Assembly (NCBI GenBank): GCA_963836075.1
Contig: CAWIIB010000009.1
Coordinates: forward strand, 224,001-288,000
DNA: 64,000 nt
Direction of reading: 5' to 3'
Source: an uncultured Acidobacteriota bacterium
Lineage (GTDB): Bacteria > Acidobacteriota > JAQAZP01
Shown here: positions 1-9,813 of the stretch, piece by piece
Layout: every line of letters starts with the position of its first letter
How positions within the stretch are numbered: the first letter of the stretch is position 1
Position numbers and translations under genes: made by a program
The notes under the pieces: generated by a model
The model's database searches: none
What the model saw: the letters and a program-made list of their open reading frames with translations, nothing else
What the model was told of the DNA's origin: nothing

Positions 1-61
1 GCGCCATAAAGTGTTGAGGTAAACCGCAGCGCCCCCGCCGGGGCTGGTAAGGAGAGGATCG

Positions 62-3000
62 ATGATCATGAAAAATCTCGCACTGGCAATGATGCTCTTC
101 ATCCAGGCACTGGCGCCCACCATCGCCCCGGCCCAGCAGACCTTCACCGAGGACTTCAGCACCACGACCTACATGGACGCGGTCAACACCACCGCTGACT
201 GGAACACCACAGACGGCGAGTTGAAACTCCACCCGTTCGTCCTCACCCTCGCCGGATCCTATGAAGGTTCAGTTGAAGTTTGGGACGTGGCGGTGTCCGG
301 CGACCACGCTTTCATGGCCGATGATTCAGACGGCCTGCAGATCATTGACATCAGCGATCCCACAAACCCGGTACTGACCGGCAGCTATGTCACAGCAAGT
401 GCCAGAGGCGTGGCGGTGTCGGGTGATCACGCTTTCGTGGCGGCAGGGTCCTCCGGTGGCCTACAAATCATTGACATCACTGATCCCTCGAGCCCAGTGC
501 TGGCAGGCAGCTTCGACACGCCGGACTATGCCTGGGGTGTGGCTGTGTCTGGTGATCATGCTTTCGTGGCCGACGGAGCCACCGGTCTGCTGGTTGTGGA
601 CATCAGCGATCCGACGAACCCTGCACTGGCCGGCACATACAACACATTTGACTATGTCAGACGTGTGGAGGTCTCCGGCGATCACGCATTCGTACCCGAC
701 GGGAATTCCGGTCTGCTGGTGATCGATATCAGCAATCCGGCAAACCCGGCGCTGGCCGGCAGCTATGACACTCCAGGCAGTGCCCGGGGTGTGGCGATAT
801 CCGGCGATCACGCCTTTGTGGCAGACTATTCAGCCGGCCTGCAGGTAGTCGATATCAGCGATCCCACAACCCCCATTATTGCCGGAAACTATGACACCTC
901 AGGATATTCCTACGACGTGGTGGTGTCCGGTGATCGTGCGTTCGTGGCCGACTGGTCCTCCGGCCTCCAGGTAATTGATATCAGCGATCCCACAAATCCA
1001 GTACTCAGCGACAGCTACGACACGCCGGGCAATGCCGCAGCCCTGGTGGTGTCGGGTGACCACGCTTTCACTGCGGATCTGCAATACGGATTGCAGGTGA
1101 TCGAGATCAGCCAGGCCGTGAACCCCGCACTCGCCGGCAGCTGCGATACGCTGGGCTTTGCCCGTGGTGTGGCAGTGGCGGGTGATCACGCCTTCGTGGC
1201 GGACGATTTGTACGGCCTGATGGTGATCGACATCAGCGATCCCGGGAACCCCGAAATTGTCGGCTACTGCGACACACCAGACGATGCCGCTGGCGTGACG
1301 GTAGCGGGCAACCACGCCTTCGTGGCGGACGACCTGAGCGGTCTGCAGGTGATCGACATCAGTGATCCCACCAGCCCAGTGCTCTCCGGCAGCTGCGACA
1401 CACCAGGCGTTGCCGTGGGGGTGGCTGTATCGGGCGACAATGCTTTTGTGGCTGACTACTTATCCGGACTGCAGGTAGTCGACATCAGCGATCCCGCGAA
1501 CGCCTCACTGGTCGGCAACTACGACACCCCAGGCGCGGCCTATGACGTAACCGTGTCTGGCGACCACGCCTTCGTGGCAGATCTGACAGGCGGCCTGCAG
1601 GTGATCGATATCAGCGATCCCACAAACCCCGTACTCGCCGGCAGCTGTGACACACCAAACAGTGCCCGAGGCGTTGCGGTGGCGGGCGACCACGCCTTCG
1701 TGGCAGACCTGACATCCGGCCTGCAGGTGATCGACATCAGTGATCCCGCGAACCCCACGCTCGTCGGCAGCTTCGCCACACCAGACGATGCCGGCGGTGT
1801 GGCGGTAGCGGGCGACCTCGCATTCGTGGCGGCGTGGCAAAGCGGCCTGCTTATGATCGATATCAGCGATCCTACGAACCCCATGCTCACCGGCAGTTAC
1901 GATACGTCAGGCCAAGCCGAAGGCGTGACGGTGTCAGGCAATCACGCCTTCGTGACCGATGGGTATTCCGGCCTGCAGGTGATCCAGGTGAGCCAAAGCG
2001 AGGTCGATGCTTCGCAAAACATCGGTCAGTCATTGGCGGTCGATGGAAATACGGAAATGATCCCCCGCACCCGCCTCTCCACCAACTTTGGAGTCACAGG
2101 TGTGGGTTGGGAACTCAGCGCCGATGAGGGGGCGAACTGGACAGCGATCACGTCAGACGACTCCTGGACACGGATCGCGACTCCCGGGGATGACCTCCGG
2201 TGGCGCTCAACCCACACCTGGTTACCGGGCGTCAATCCCACGGTCTCGTATCTGAGGATTAACTGGCTAAACGAGTTCGGGCCGATCAACGGGATCACCG
2301 ACGTACCTGACGATCAGGGTGGCTGGGTGCGTATCTACTTCACCCGCTCGGGCTATGACTTCGCCGACGAGCCCAGCCTGCCCGTGACCGGCTACTACGT
2401 TTGTCGACTCGTTGATTCTCCCGTGCTCACGACCCTGATCGGGGATGCCGAAGCACATGCTGCAATCGCATCTCCGAAACTGTCCTCCGGAGAGGACCTG
2501 TTCCCCTGGCCCCTGCCAGAAATGAATGCCACTCGAATCGAGGACCGGTTCTTCGTACGGGCGCCGGCTTCCGCAACTGATCGAGCCGGCACGTTCCCGC
2601 CTGGCACCTGGGAGGTGGTGGCCTCCGTGCCGGCATACCAGTTGGACAACTATCTGGTAAATGCACCCACGCTGGCCGGCACCACCACATTCCTGGTGAC
2701 CACCCACACCACCACGCCTTCGGAATGGTTCGTCAGCCCCACGGCCACCGGCGAATCGATCGACAACCTCGCCCCGGGGGTGCCGACGAATCTGCTCTTC
2801 AGCGGGCCTGAGCGAACTGAGTCTGGGACGAGGCTCCCGAACCGGATTTCGCCTACCACACAGTGTACGGCTCGGAGAACCCGGTCTTTGACCAGTCAGC
2901 AGTCCTGATCGGCTACACCATTGGCCAGACATACGATGTCTCAGGATCGCCCTCCAGTTACTACCACCTGACAACCTCGGACCATTCGGACAACGAGAGC

Positions 3001-3396
3001 GGTGCGGCGAGCGTCGCCGGCTCTTCGTCGACGGTTTCTGCCACGCTGTCCTGTCTGCCCTCATCGGGCACTCTGCCCTTCACCACCACGATCTCGGCGG
3101 AGCTGATCAACCTTTATACCGGCCAGACCCGCCGGCTTGCCGCACGGTTCGACGTATCCCTGGCCGGGGGCGGGTATTTCAGCAACTGGCGGGCCGGATA
3201 CACCAACGTGGCCGCCGGGAGCAGCTACAGCACCTCGTGGAACCAGGCCATCCCGGCGCTGGGTGCGCTGGTGGGCAGCAACCTTTTCACCCTCCGGGCG
3301 ACGGACGTCACCCCGGCGCCGTACAACCAGCCGCCCTATCCCCCGGCCGGCGACTCTGACACGGCACAGTGCACTGTGGTGGGGAACGTGCCATGA
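62..3396 (+). CDS. Secreted LVIVD-repeat beta-propeller protein with C-terminal CTD-A domain (one frameshift near 2810-2822)
   Basis: Signal peptide, then 14 ~43-aa repeats (V.VSGDHAFVAD...GLQVIDISDP.NP) and an 'ITDVPDDQGGWV...DNLAPGVP' region. The reading continues in the frame of ORF 2863..3396 (VWDEAPEPDFAYHTVYGS...) and ends in CTD-A. Confidence 0.85.
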
Positions 3397-3433
3397 GGAT
3401 CGTTCTGGAACCGGGGAGGAGGGGCTGGGCGTT

Positions 3434-4673
3434 TCAGAACTCCTGCCAGGAGATGGCGGTCACGTTGGGTGTCAGTTGCTGTCTTCTCGGACACCGGCAG
3501 ATCAGGTAGCCCCGCGTTGCCAGACCCTGGTGAAGTTCAAGGAATTTTTCAATGTGCCGCGCATCCCGCGGTGCAGGACTTTCGGTCCATTTGACCTCCA
3601 CGGGAATGGCCTCATCCGGAGTTTCAATGATCCCATCGACTTCGGCGCCGGTCATTGTTCTCCAGGTGGACAGCCGATACCCTCGCCCCAGGTACCGGCA
3701 CCGATAGGTACAGTTCCGTCAGGACCCATTGCTCGAAGATGTGACCGGCGTCGAGCCGGAGCAACGAATCATTGAGCGGGAGATCGGCCAGAATGTGACG
3801 TACGCCAGGGTCGAACACCAGGAAACGGGGGCCCTGCAGGATTTTTTTTCGGCTTCTGCCAAACGGTGGAATTCGAAGACCCACATAGGTGTCCTCGAGA
3901 ACCTGGTAAAAGTTACGCAAGGTGTTGACCGCCACTCCAACCTGACCGGCCAGCTTCGTAAAATTCACGAACTGACCGGATTCAAGAGCAGCGAGGCGCA
4001 GAAACCTGACAAAGGCACCCATGTCCCCGACCAGGTGCTCCTGCCGGATTTCGTTTTCAATATAGAGTTCAACATATGCCGACAACGTCTCGGCCCACGT
4101 GTCCCTCGATTCCTGGTACAGTCCGGGGAGGCTGCCGAAAATCAGGTGTTCCTCGAGAGGACGACAGGGAAAGCGGTTCTCCAGTTTCGGGGAAAGCGGC
4201 AGAATCTCACACGGGCGATGCTCGGCCTGGAGTATCGGCGAGAGTAGCAGGGAATGAGCCTGGCCGGGCAGCAGATTCACCGACCGGTGCCTCAGCTTTC
4301 GGGCAGAACTGCCGGTGAGGAAAAAGCGGTATCGTCGTGGGTTCTGGTCGTGAAGCAGTTGCACATCATCGAGCAGCCCGGGCACCTTCTGGATCTCATC
4401 AATGAAAACCGTGTCCGTCTCTTCCGCCGCGGCGAGTTCGCGGACCAGCAGACCTTCGTCCGATTCATAGCGGCGTCTCACCTGGCGATCCTGGAGATTC
4501 AGTACAAAAGTCCGACTTCCCCCCGGCAGGCAGTGGGCGAGAAGGGTTGACTTTCCTGTCTGCCTCGCCCCGAACACCAGTTTGACTTTCGGCCTTTCAC
4601 CCGCTTTCGTGCCATGGCTCGGAGGGGGCGTTAACCGTGTCTCCAGAAATCGGGAATAGTATAGATCCTTCAT
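3434..4673 (-). CDS. AAA_14-type ATPase with DUF4143 / PD-(D/E)XK-like C-terminus (frameshift near 3700)
   Basis: Walker A GARQTGKS, Walker B FIDEIQ, LTGSS and GHIFE motifs. The C-terminus EVDGIIE...PVEVKW lies in ORF 3434..3655. Confidence 0.85.
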
Positions 4674-4785
4674 ATCGATCATCATGTTGCATATATTACC
4701 GTTAATTATGCATCGCATGTAGCAATTTTCAAGAGGCAATGACTCTGGCACGATCTGGTCACCGATCACAGGTACTGGATCTATC

Positions 4786-5793
4786 TCAGAAATGCGTGAA
4801 CCCGGCGGGGTCGGTCTCGATCCACTCATCGCCGCGGCGGATCCGGATCCCGGGGCCGGCGGTGATCTCGCCGATGGTGTGCAGTTCGATTCCCAGTTCA
4901 TCGCGGCTGGCCGTCCGGGCCGGCTGCTCCAGCTCGGGCGGGACGCAGAAGAGCAGCACGTAATCCTCACCGCCCCTGAGCGCCCACTCCAGCGGATCGG
5001 CGCCGGCTGATTCCGCCGCCCGGCTCAGCGCGCCGGAGAGCGGCAGCAGACTGCTGTCGATGTCGGCCCCCGCCCCGCTCTCCCGGCAGATGTGGCCCAG
5101 GTCCTGGAGCAGGCCGTCACTGACGTCGATCATCGCCCGGGCCATCCCCTCCCGGGCCAGCAGGCGGCCCAGTTCCACCTGGGGCCGCGGCTCGAGGTGC
5201 GCCCGCAGCAGCTGTTCACGATCGGCGGTGTCGATCCCGCCGATGGCGCCGCCCAGCAACTGGAGGCCGGCGGCGCTCTCCCCTACCGGGCCAGCCAGCA
5301 TCACCCGGTGCCCCGGCCGGGCACCGCTCCGTTTCACCACCTGGCCGGACGGGGCCCGGCCGAGGAGGGTGAGGCTGAACACCAGGTCGTTGGGGGTGCG
5401 GATGGTGTCACCGCCGAGCAGGTCCACCCGGTATTCTGCTGCGCAGGCCAGCAGGCCGTCGCGGAACTGGAGGAGGAACTTTTCCTGCAGGTCGGGGGTC
5501 AGCCCGAGGGCCAGGAAGGCCGCCGCCGGTTCGCCGCCCATGGCGGCGATGTCCGAAACGTTCACCGCCAGGCTCTTCCAGCCCAGCTTCCAGGGCGAGG
5601 CGCCGGAGCGGAGGAAGTGCACGCCCTCGGCCAGCATGTCGGTGGTCACCAGCAGGCTCGTCCCGCCGCCGGTGTCGAGCACCGCGCAGTCGTCGCCGAT
5701 CCCCTCCGTGACCCAGGCGCGGCTGGCGCCGGCCTTCTCCCGGAAAAGGTCGATGATCCCGAATTCACCGCGCTGTCCAAGACTGTCGTCCAT
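4786..5793 (-). CDS. thiL: Thiamine-monophosphate kinase
   Basis: GEFGII, GIGDDCA, TTDMLAEGVHF, NVSDIAAMGG, GGDT, DVSDGL and GGEDY motifs. Confidence 0.95.
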   Translation of the reverse strand: MDDSLGQRGEFGIIDLFREKAGASRAWVTEGIGDDCAVLDTGGGTSLLVTTDMLAEGVHFLRSGASPWKLGWKSLAVNVSDIAAMGGEPAAAFLALGLTPDLQEKFLLQFRDGLLACAAEYRVDLLGGDTIRTPNDLVFSLTLLGRAPSGQVVKRSGARPGHRVMLAGPVGESAAGLQLLGGAIGGIDTADREQLLRAHLEPRPQVELGRLLAREGMARAMIDVSDGLLQDLGHICRESGAGADIDSSLLPLSGALSRAAESAGADPLEWALRGGEDYVLLFCVPPELEQPARTASRDELGIELHTIGEITAGPGIRIRRGDEWIETDPAGFTHF

Positions 5794-5997
5794 CTACCAT
5801 CTCCTGATCCCGAACAGTCTACCTCTCCCGCCCCGCCGATTCCAGGAAGTTGACGATGGGCGATGCAGGGGTCAAAATCTATCCGGGTGATGCGATGGTC
5901 GGGCCCGACGCCCGGCGTTCATGGCCCGGATTCGGCGAATCCGTTACCTCAAACTGCGCACCGCTTCATCGCGGGTTGCAATCGCGGCAGGCACGAC

Positions 5998-6273
5998 ATG
6001 ATCTACTATTTCATGAAGGGCGTGGGGATACTGGGAATCGTGCTCTTTGGCAGCCGGTTCTTCGTGCAGTGGGTGGTCAGCGAACGGGCCGGCAAGAGTG
6101 TGATGCCAAAACTCTTCTGGTATCTCAGTATTCTGGGGTCGCTGCTCCTGCTGGCCTATTCCATCTATATCAGAGATGGCATCTTCATCACCGGGCAATC
6201 CTTCGGCGTCCTGATCTATTCCCGCAACCTCTGGTTGATCAGGCGGGAAAAACTGAAAACCGCGTCGGCCTGA
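5998..6273 (+). CDS. Small membrane protein, lipid-A-disaccharide synthase N-terminal (LAB_N) domain family
   Basis: LFGSRFFVQW..SE..GKSV.P..FWYLS..GS..LL.Y...D..FI.GQ...IY.RNL pattern. Confidence 0.85.
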   Translation: MIYYFMKGVGILGIVLFGSRFFVQWVVSERAGKSVMPKLFWYLSILGSLLLLAYSIYIRDGIFITGQSFGVLIYSRNLWLIRREKLKTASA

Positions 6274-6284
6274 TCCGAACCGGT

Positions 6285-9017
6285 TCAGAACCGCCCCGCG
6301 GCCACGGTCGCCCCGTCGGTCCACCCCGCGGGCATGGCCTGCAGGGTAAACCACTGGGCCACTCCCGCCCCGTTGTAACGATAGACCGCCACCATCGAAT
6401 CCGCCCCCTGGTCCGGCCCGGCGCCGATCACCAGTTCCGAGCGGCCGTCCCCGTCCAGGTCCGCACCGGCAAAGAGCTGGGCCCCATGGCTGTACTGGGC
6501 CGGCGGCAGGGCAAAGAAGCTGCAGCCGGGCAGCGGCGTCACCGCCGTGTCGTCGTAGTTCCATCCGCGGATATGCGGGCCGAAGACACTTGACGGACCG
6601 GGTGCGGTGATAATCTCGTCGATGCCGTCGCCGTCAATGTCGCCGCAGGCCACCCGCACGCCGTATTTCAGGGTGCCGTATGCGAAGTAGCTCACCGCCG
6701 GGATGGCTGCCGCACTGCCGCCGTCAACGTTCCAGCCCCGGACGTGCGGGCCGAACACCGCCCCCGGCCCGGCGCCGGTGACGATCTCGCCGAACCCGTC
6801 GCCGTCGATGTCACCGCAGGCCACATTGACCCCCCACTTGGGGGTGCCGTAGGCGAAGTAGCTGACACCGGGAATAGCGGAGGTGCCGGGAGGAGATCCG
6901 GTGACGTCGAAGGCCCGGACGTGAGGGCCGAAGACCGCGCCCGGCCCGGCGCCGGTGACGATCTCGTCCCTGCCGTCACCGTCCAGGTCGCCGGCCGCCA
7001 CGTTGACCCCGAACTTCAGGGTGCCGTAAGCGAAGAAGTTTACGCCGGGGAAGGACTGGCCGTTCGGCCTGAACGCCCGCACGTGGGGGCCGTAAATGTC
7101 GCCCGGGCCGGCGCCGGTGAGGATCTCGTCCAGGCCGTCGCCGTCCAGGTCGCCGGCGTGCACGTTGACCCCGTAGCGGTCGGCGCCATACGCCGTGAAC
7201 TCCAGGTCGTGAGCCGCGTCCTGCAGCGCCGGGAAAAGCCTGACCAGCGGCGGGTTGGCAATGTCGGGGCCGGCGCCGGCCAGCAGGCTGCCGCCGCCGT
7301 AGTGCACCCCGATGTCGGTGATGCCGCTGTCACTGGAACCATCGGTACGGGTGGTGCCCGAAGCTCCGCCGGCGGCCGGGTCACCGGCGTCGACACAGGG
7401 GCTGTTCACCGCCTGGCCGGCGGCGACCTGGCTGAGGTAAAAGGGCCCGCCCGGCCCGTCGACAAAGACCGGATCGGCGTCGATCATCCCTTCACCCCAG
7501 TTGAGAGTGCAGCCGGTTTCCACCTCCAGCGAGCCGATGCCGCCGTCCACGTCGCAGTAATCGATATCCAGCGAGAGGCCGAGGTCGTCGTACTCGAGGT
7601 AAATCTCCTTGCCCTCGGGTGAACTGTTGCCCCAGAAAATCCCGTGGACCACGGTGAGCGTCGTGCCTTCAGAGCAGTGGAGCCCGCCACCCCCTCCCCA
7701 GACCACGGTATTGGCCGTAATGGAGTTGTTCTCCAGGGTCAACTCCCCCCCCTGGTTGACCACAATTCCTCCCCCGCGCTGGTTGACTTCGTTGTCGTGG
7801 ATTGCATTGTTCGCCAACAAACCGCTATCCAGCTGATGGAGCCTGACGCCCCCGCCAAAGGATGCGCTGTTGTGCCCCACGCGGTTGCCCACCATCAGGA
7901 GATTGCCGCCCAAACAGTCAATACCACCGCCCGCAACCGCACTGTTGCTGTTCACCTGGTTCCGGCTGATCTCGGCTGTATGATCGGCGCTGCTGTTGTA
8001 GACATATGCAATACCGCCGCCCTCGGAGGTGGACGTGTTCAAGAGGAGGGTGTTGTCCCGAATCACGGTGTCCGACGACTGCGTGTAGATCCCGCCCCCG
8101 CTGCCGCTGGACTCGTTGCCCGTGAAAACGTTGTCGGCGATCAGCACCGAACCGGCAAATTCACAGCAGACTCCGCCCCCGTTATCAGCAAGGTTGCCGT
8201 TGAACATATTTCCCTTGATCGCCGCGGACGAGTCCTCGGCACAGCAGATCCCCCCGCCCGGTCCGGGCGTGCTGTTGCCGGCAAACACATTGTCAGAAAC
8301 CACCGGCTCCGAAGCACCATAGATATACATTCCACCGCCAGCACCGTCCGTCGAGATGCTTGTAACGTTCGAACTGAGGGTGCAGCCGGTAATCTCCGGT
8401 GAGGACTGCCAGCTGTAAATGCCGCCACCGTAATATTCCACCGAGTTGCCGGTCACGGTGCATCCCCTGACCCGGGGCTGGCCCAACATGCAGAACAGGC
8501 CGCCGCCGATATCGGCAGCATTTCCCTCGAGCACACAGTCCGTTATCAACGGCGATGCGTCAGCGCAGTAAATCCCGCCGCCGTGATTGGCGGAGTTGAC
8601 CGCCACCCGGCAGTTATCGATGGACGGTGAGGATTCGAAGCAGTAAATCCCGCCGCCGAGGGTCCGCAGTTCCACCTGGTCGAAAAAGCCGTTGCCGTTG
8701 GTCAGGGTGAAACCGCGGAGCAGTGATCCCGCCCCCTCGCCACCGCTGAAGGACACAACGCTGCCGTTCAGGTCACCGTCGATGATGGTGGACACCGGCC
8801 CCTGCAGGCTGCTCACCGTGATCTGTTTGCCGAGGAAGTCGATGTTCTCGATGTAGGTTCCCGGCCTGACCTGGATGAGGTCACCCATGCCGGCGGCCTG
8901 GATGGCCCCCTGGATGGTGGCGTGGTTGTCGGGGACATAGATGGTGGCGGCATGAAGCGGGGCCGCGAGGAAAAAGAGCAGCAGAATGGTTCCGGAGAGA
9001 TTTCGTACTGTAATCAT
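6285..9017 (-). CDS. Secreted right-handed beta-helix (pectin-lyase-like) protein with C-terminal CTD-B propeller
   Basis: Signal peptide, 'IYVP...TIQGAI...PGTYIENIDF.GK', GGGIYC/N-S-A repeats, SPCVDAGDP cap and six AYG/GVNV/GPHVR repeats. Confidence 0.85.
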   Translation of the reverse strand: MITVRNLSGTILLLFFLAAPLHAATIYVPDNHATIQGAIQAAGMGDLIQVRPGTYIENIDFLGKQITVSSLQGPVSTIIDGDLNGSVVSFSGGEGAGSLLRGFTLTNGNGFFDQVELRTLGGGIYCFESSPSIDNCRVAVNSANHGGGIYCADASPLITDCVLEGNAADIGGGLFCMLGQPRVRGCTVTGNSVEYYGGGIYSWQSSPEITGCTLSSNVTSISTDGAGGGMYIYGASEPVVSDNVFAGNSTPGPGGGICCAEDSSAAIKGNMFNGNLADNGGGVCCEFAGSVLIADNVFTGNESSGSGGGIYTQSSDTVIRDNTLLLNTSTSEGGGIAYVYNSSADHTAEISRNQVNSNSAVAGGGIDCLGGNLLMVGNRVGHNSASFGGGVRLHQLDSGLLANNAIHDNEVNQRGGGIVVNQGGELTLENNSITANTVVWGGGGGLHCSEGTTLTVVHGIFWGNSSPEGKEIYLEYDDLGLSLDIDYCDVDGGIGSLEVETGCTLNWGEGMIDADPVFVDGPGGPFYLSQVAAGQAVNSPCVDAGDPAAGGASGTTRTDGSSDSGITDIGVHYGGGSLLAGAGPDIANPPLVRLFPALQDAAHDLEFTAYGADRYGVNVHAGDLDGDGLDEILTGAGPGDIYGPHVRAFRPNGQSFPGVNFFAYGTLKFGVNVAAGDLDGDGRDEIVTGAGPGAVFGPHVRAFDVTGSPPGTSAIPGVSYFAYGTPKWGVNVACGDIDGDGFGEIVTGAGPGAVFGPHVRGWNVDGGSAAAIPAVSYFAYGTLKYGVRVACGDIDGDGIDEIITAPGPSSVFGPHIRGWNYDDTAVTPLPGCSFFALPPAQYSHGAQLFAGADLDGDGRSELVIGAGPDQGADSMVAVYRYNGAGVAQWFTLQAMPAGWTDGATVAAGRF

Positions 9018-9154
9018 GGCAACCCCCGACAATGCCTGGAGACAGCGGTCCCCTCAGCTGTGTTCGTTATTGGCAGTGGGGGTTATTCTTATGATTTATA
9101 TAGCGCTTATCTTTACCACTTGCGCAAAACCCTGTCAACCTGGGCCTGCCGGGA

Positions 9155-9796
9155 TCACCTGGGCCGGAGAACGGCAAAGGTCTGGGAGTGGACCATCCGC
9201 GTCAGCTTGATGATCCGTTCCACTTCGATGCCCGCCTCCCTGGTCTCCTCCAGGAACTGGTCGATGCTGTGAAAGGTGATCTGCTTGACCATCGGCTTTA
9301 TCTTTTTTACCAAACGCTGGACGTGGTGAAAAGTTCCGCTGCGGTAGAAGGTGAGGATCACCCGCTTGCGGGTGACCCGGTTCAGTTCCCTGAGGGAAGC
9401 ACAGCGCTGCTCCGGCCGGTGCAGGTGCTGGAACAGACGAATGACCACCGCCAGGTCAACGCTCTTGTCGGGCAGGGGGAGCCGGGCCGTGCTGGCTCCG
9501 GCAAAGTGGTTCCTGCCGGTCCCGGCCACAACGTCGTCCTGTTGCTCCGCGGCCCTGAACAGCATGTGCGGACTGAGGTCGAAGGAGAGCAGGCAGTCGG
9601 TGCGCGGCAGGAGCAGTGGCGTGAACCGGCCGTACCCCGAGGGGATGTCGAGGATCCGCTCCACCCGCGGCATCTCGTCAAGGAGCGAAACCAGCAGTTG
9701 CTGCTCCCGCTCGGAGATCCCCCGCTGGACCCACGAGGCATACCGTTTGTCATGGTAGACCGAGACCTTGTCCCGGCTGTCGAAGATCATCTTCAC
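9155..9796 (-). CDS. Class I SAM-dependent methyltransferase
   Basis: ILDIPSGYGRF, DLSPHML and LPLPDKSVDL motifs. Confidence 0.85.
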   Translation of the reverse strand: MKMIFDSRDKVSVYHDKRYASWVQRGISEREQQLLVSLLDEMPRVERILDIPSGYGRFTPLLLPRTDCLLSFDLSPHMLFRAAEQQDDVVAGTGRNHFAGASTARLPLPDKSVDLAVVIRLFQHLHRPEQRCASLRELNRVTRKRVILTFYRSGTFHHVQRLVKKIKPMVKQITFHSIDQFLEETREAGIEVERIIKLTRMVHSQTFAVLRPR

Positions 9797-9813
9797 GGAT
9801 CAGGCCTTCACCC

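Noticed and set aside
250-1990. ~129-bp periodic repeats as a CRISPR array or non-coding tandem repeat
   Set aside because: They are degenerate in-frame LVIVD protein repeats, with no identical repeats separated by unique spacers.
3031-3396. CTD-A as a standard T9SS CTD, PEP-CTERM tag or dockerin
   Set aside because: It lacks the YPNP...G.Y...K pattern, a TM helix with basic tail, and duplicated Ca-binding loops.
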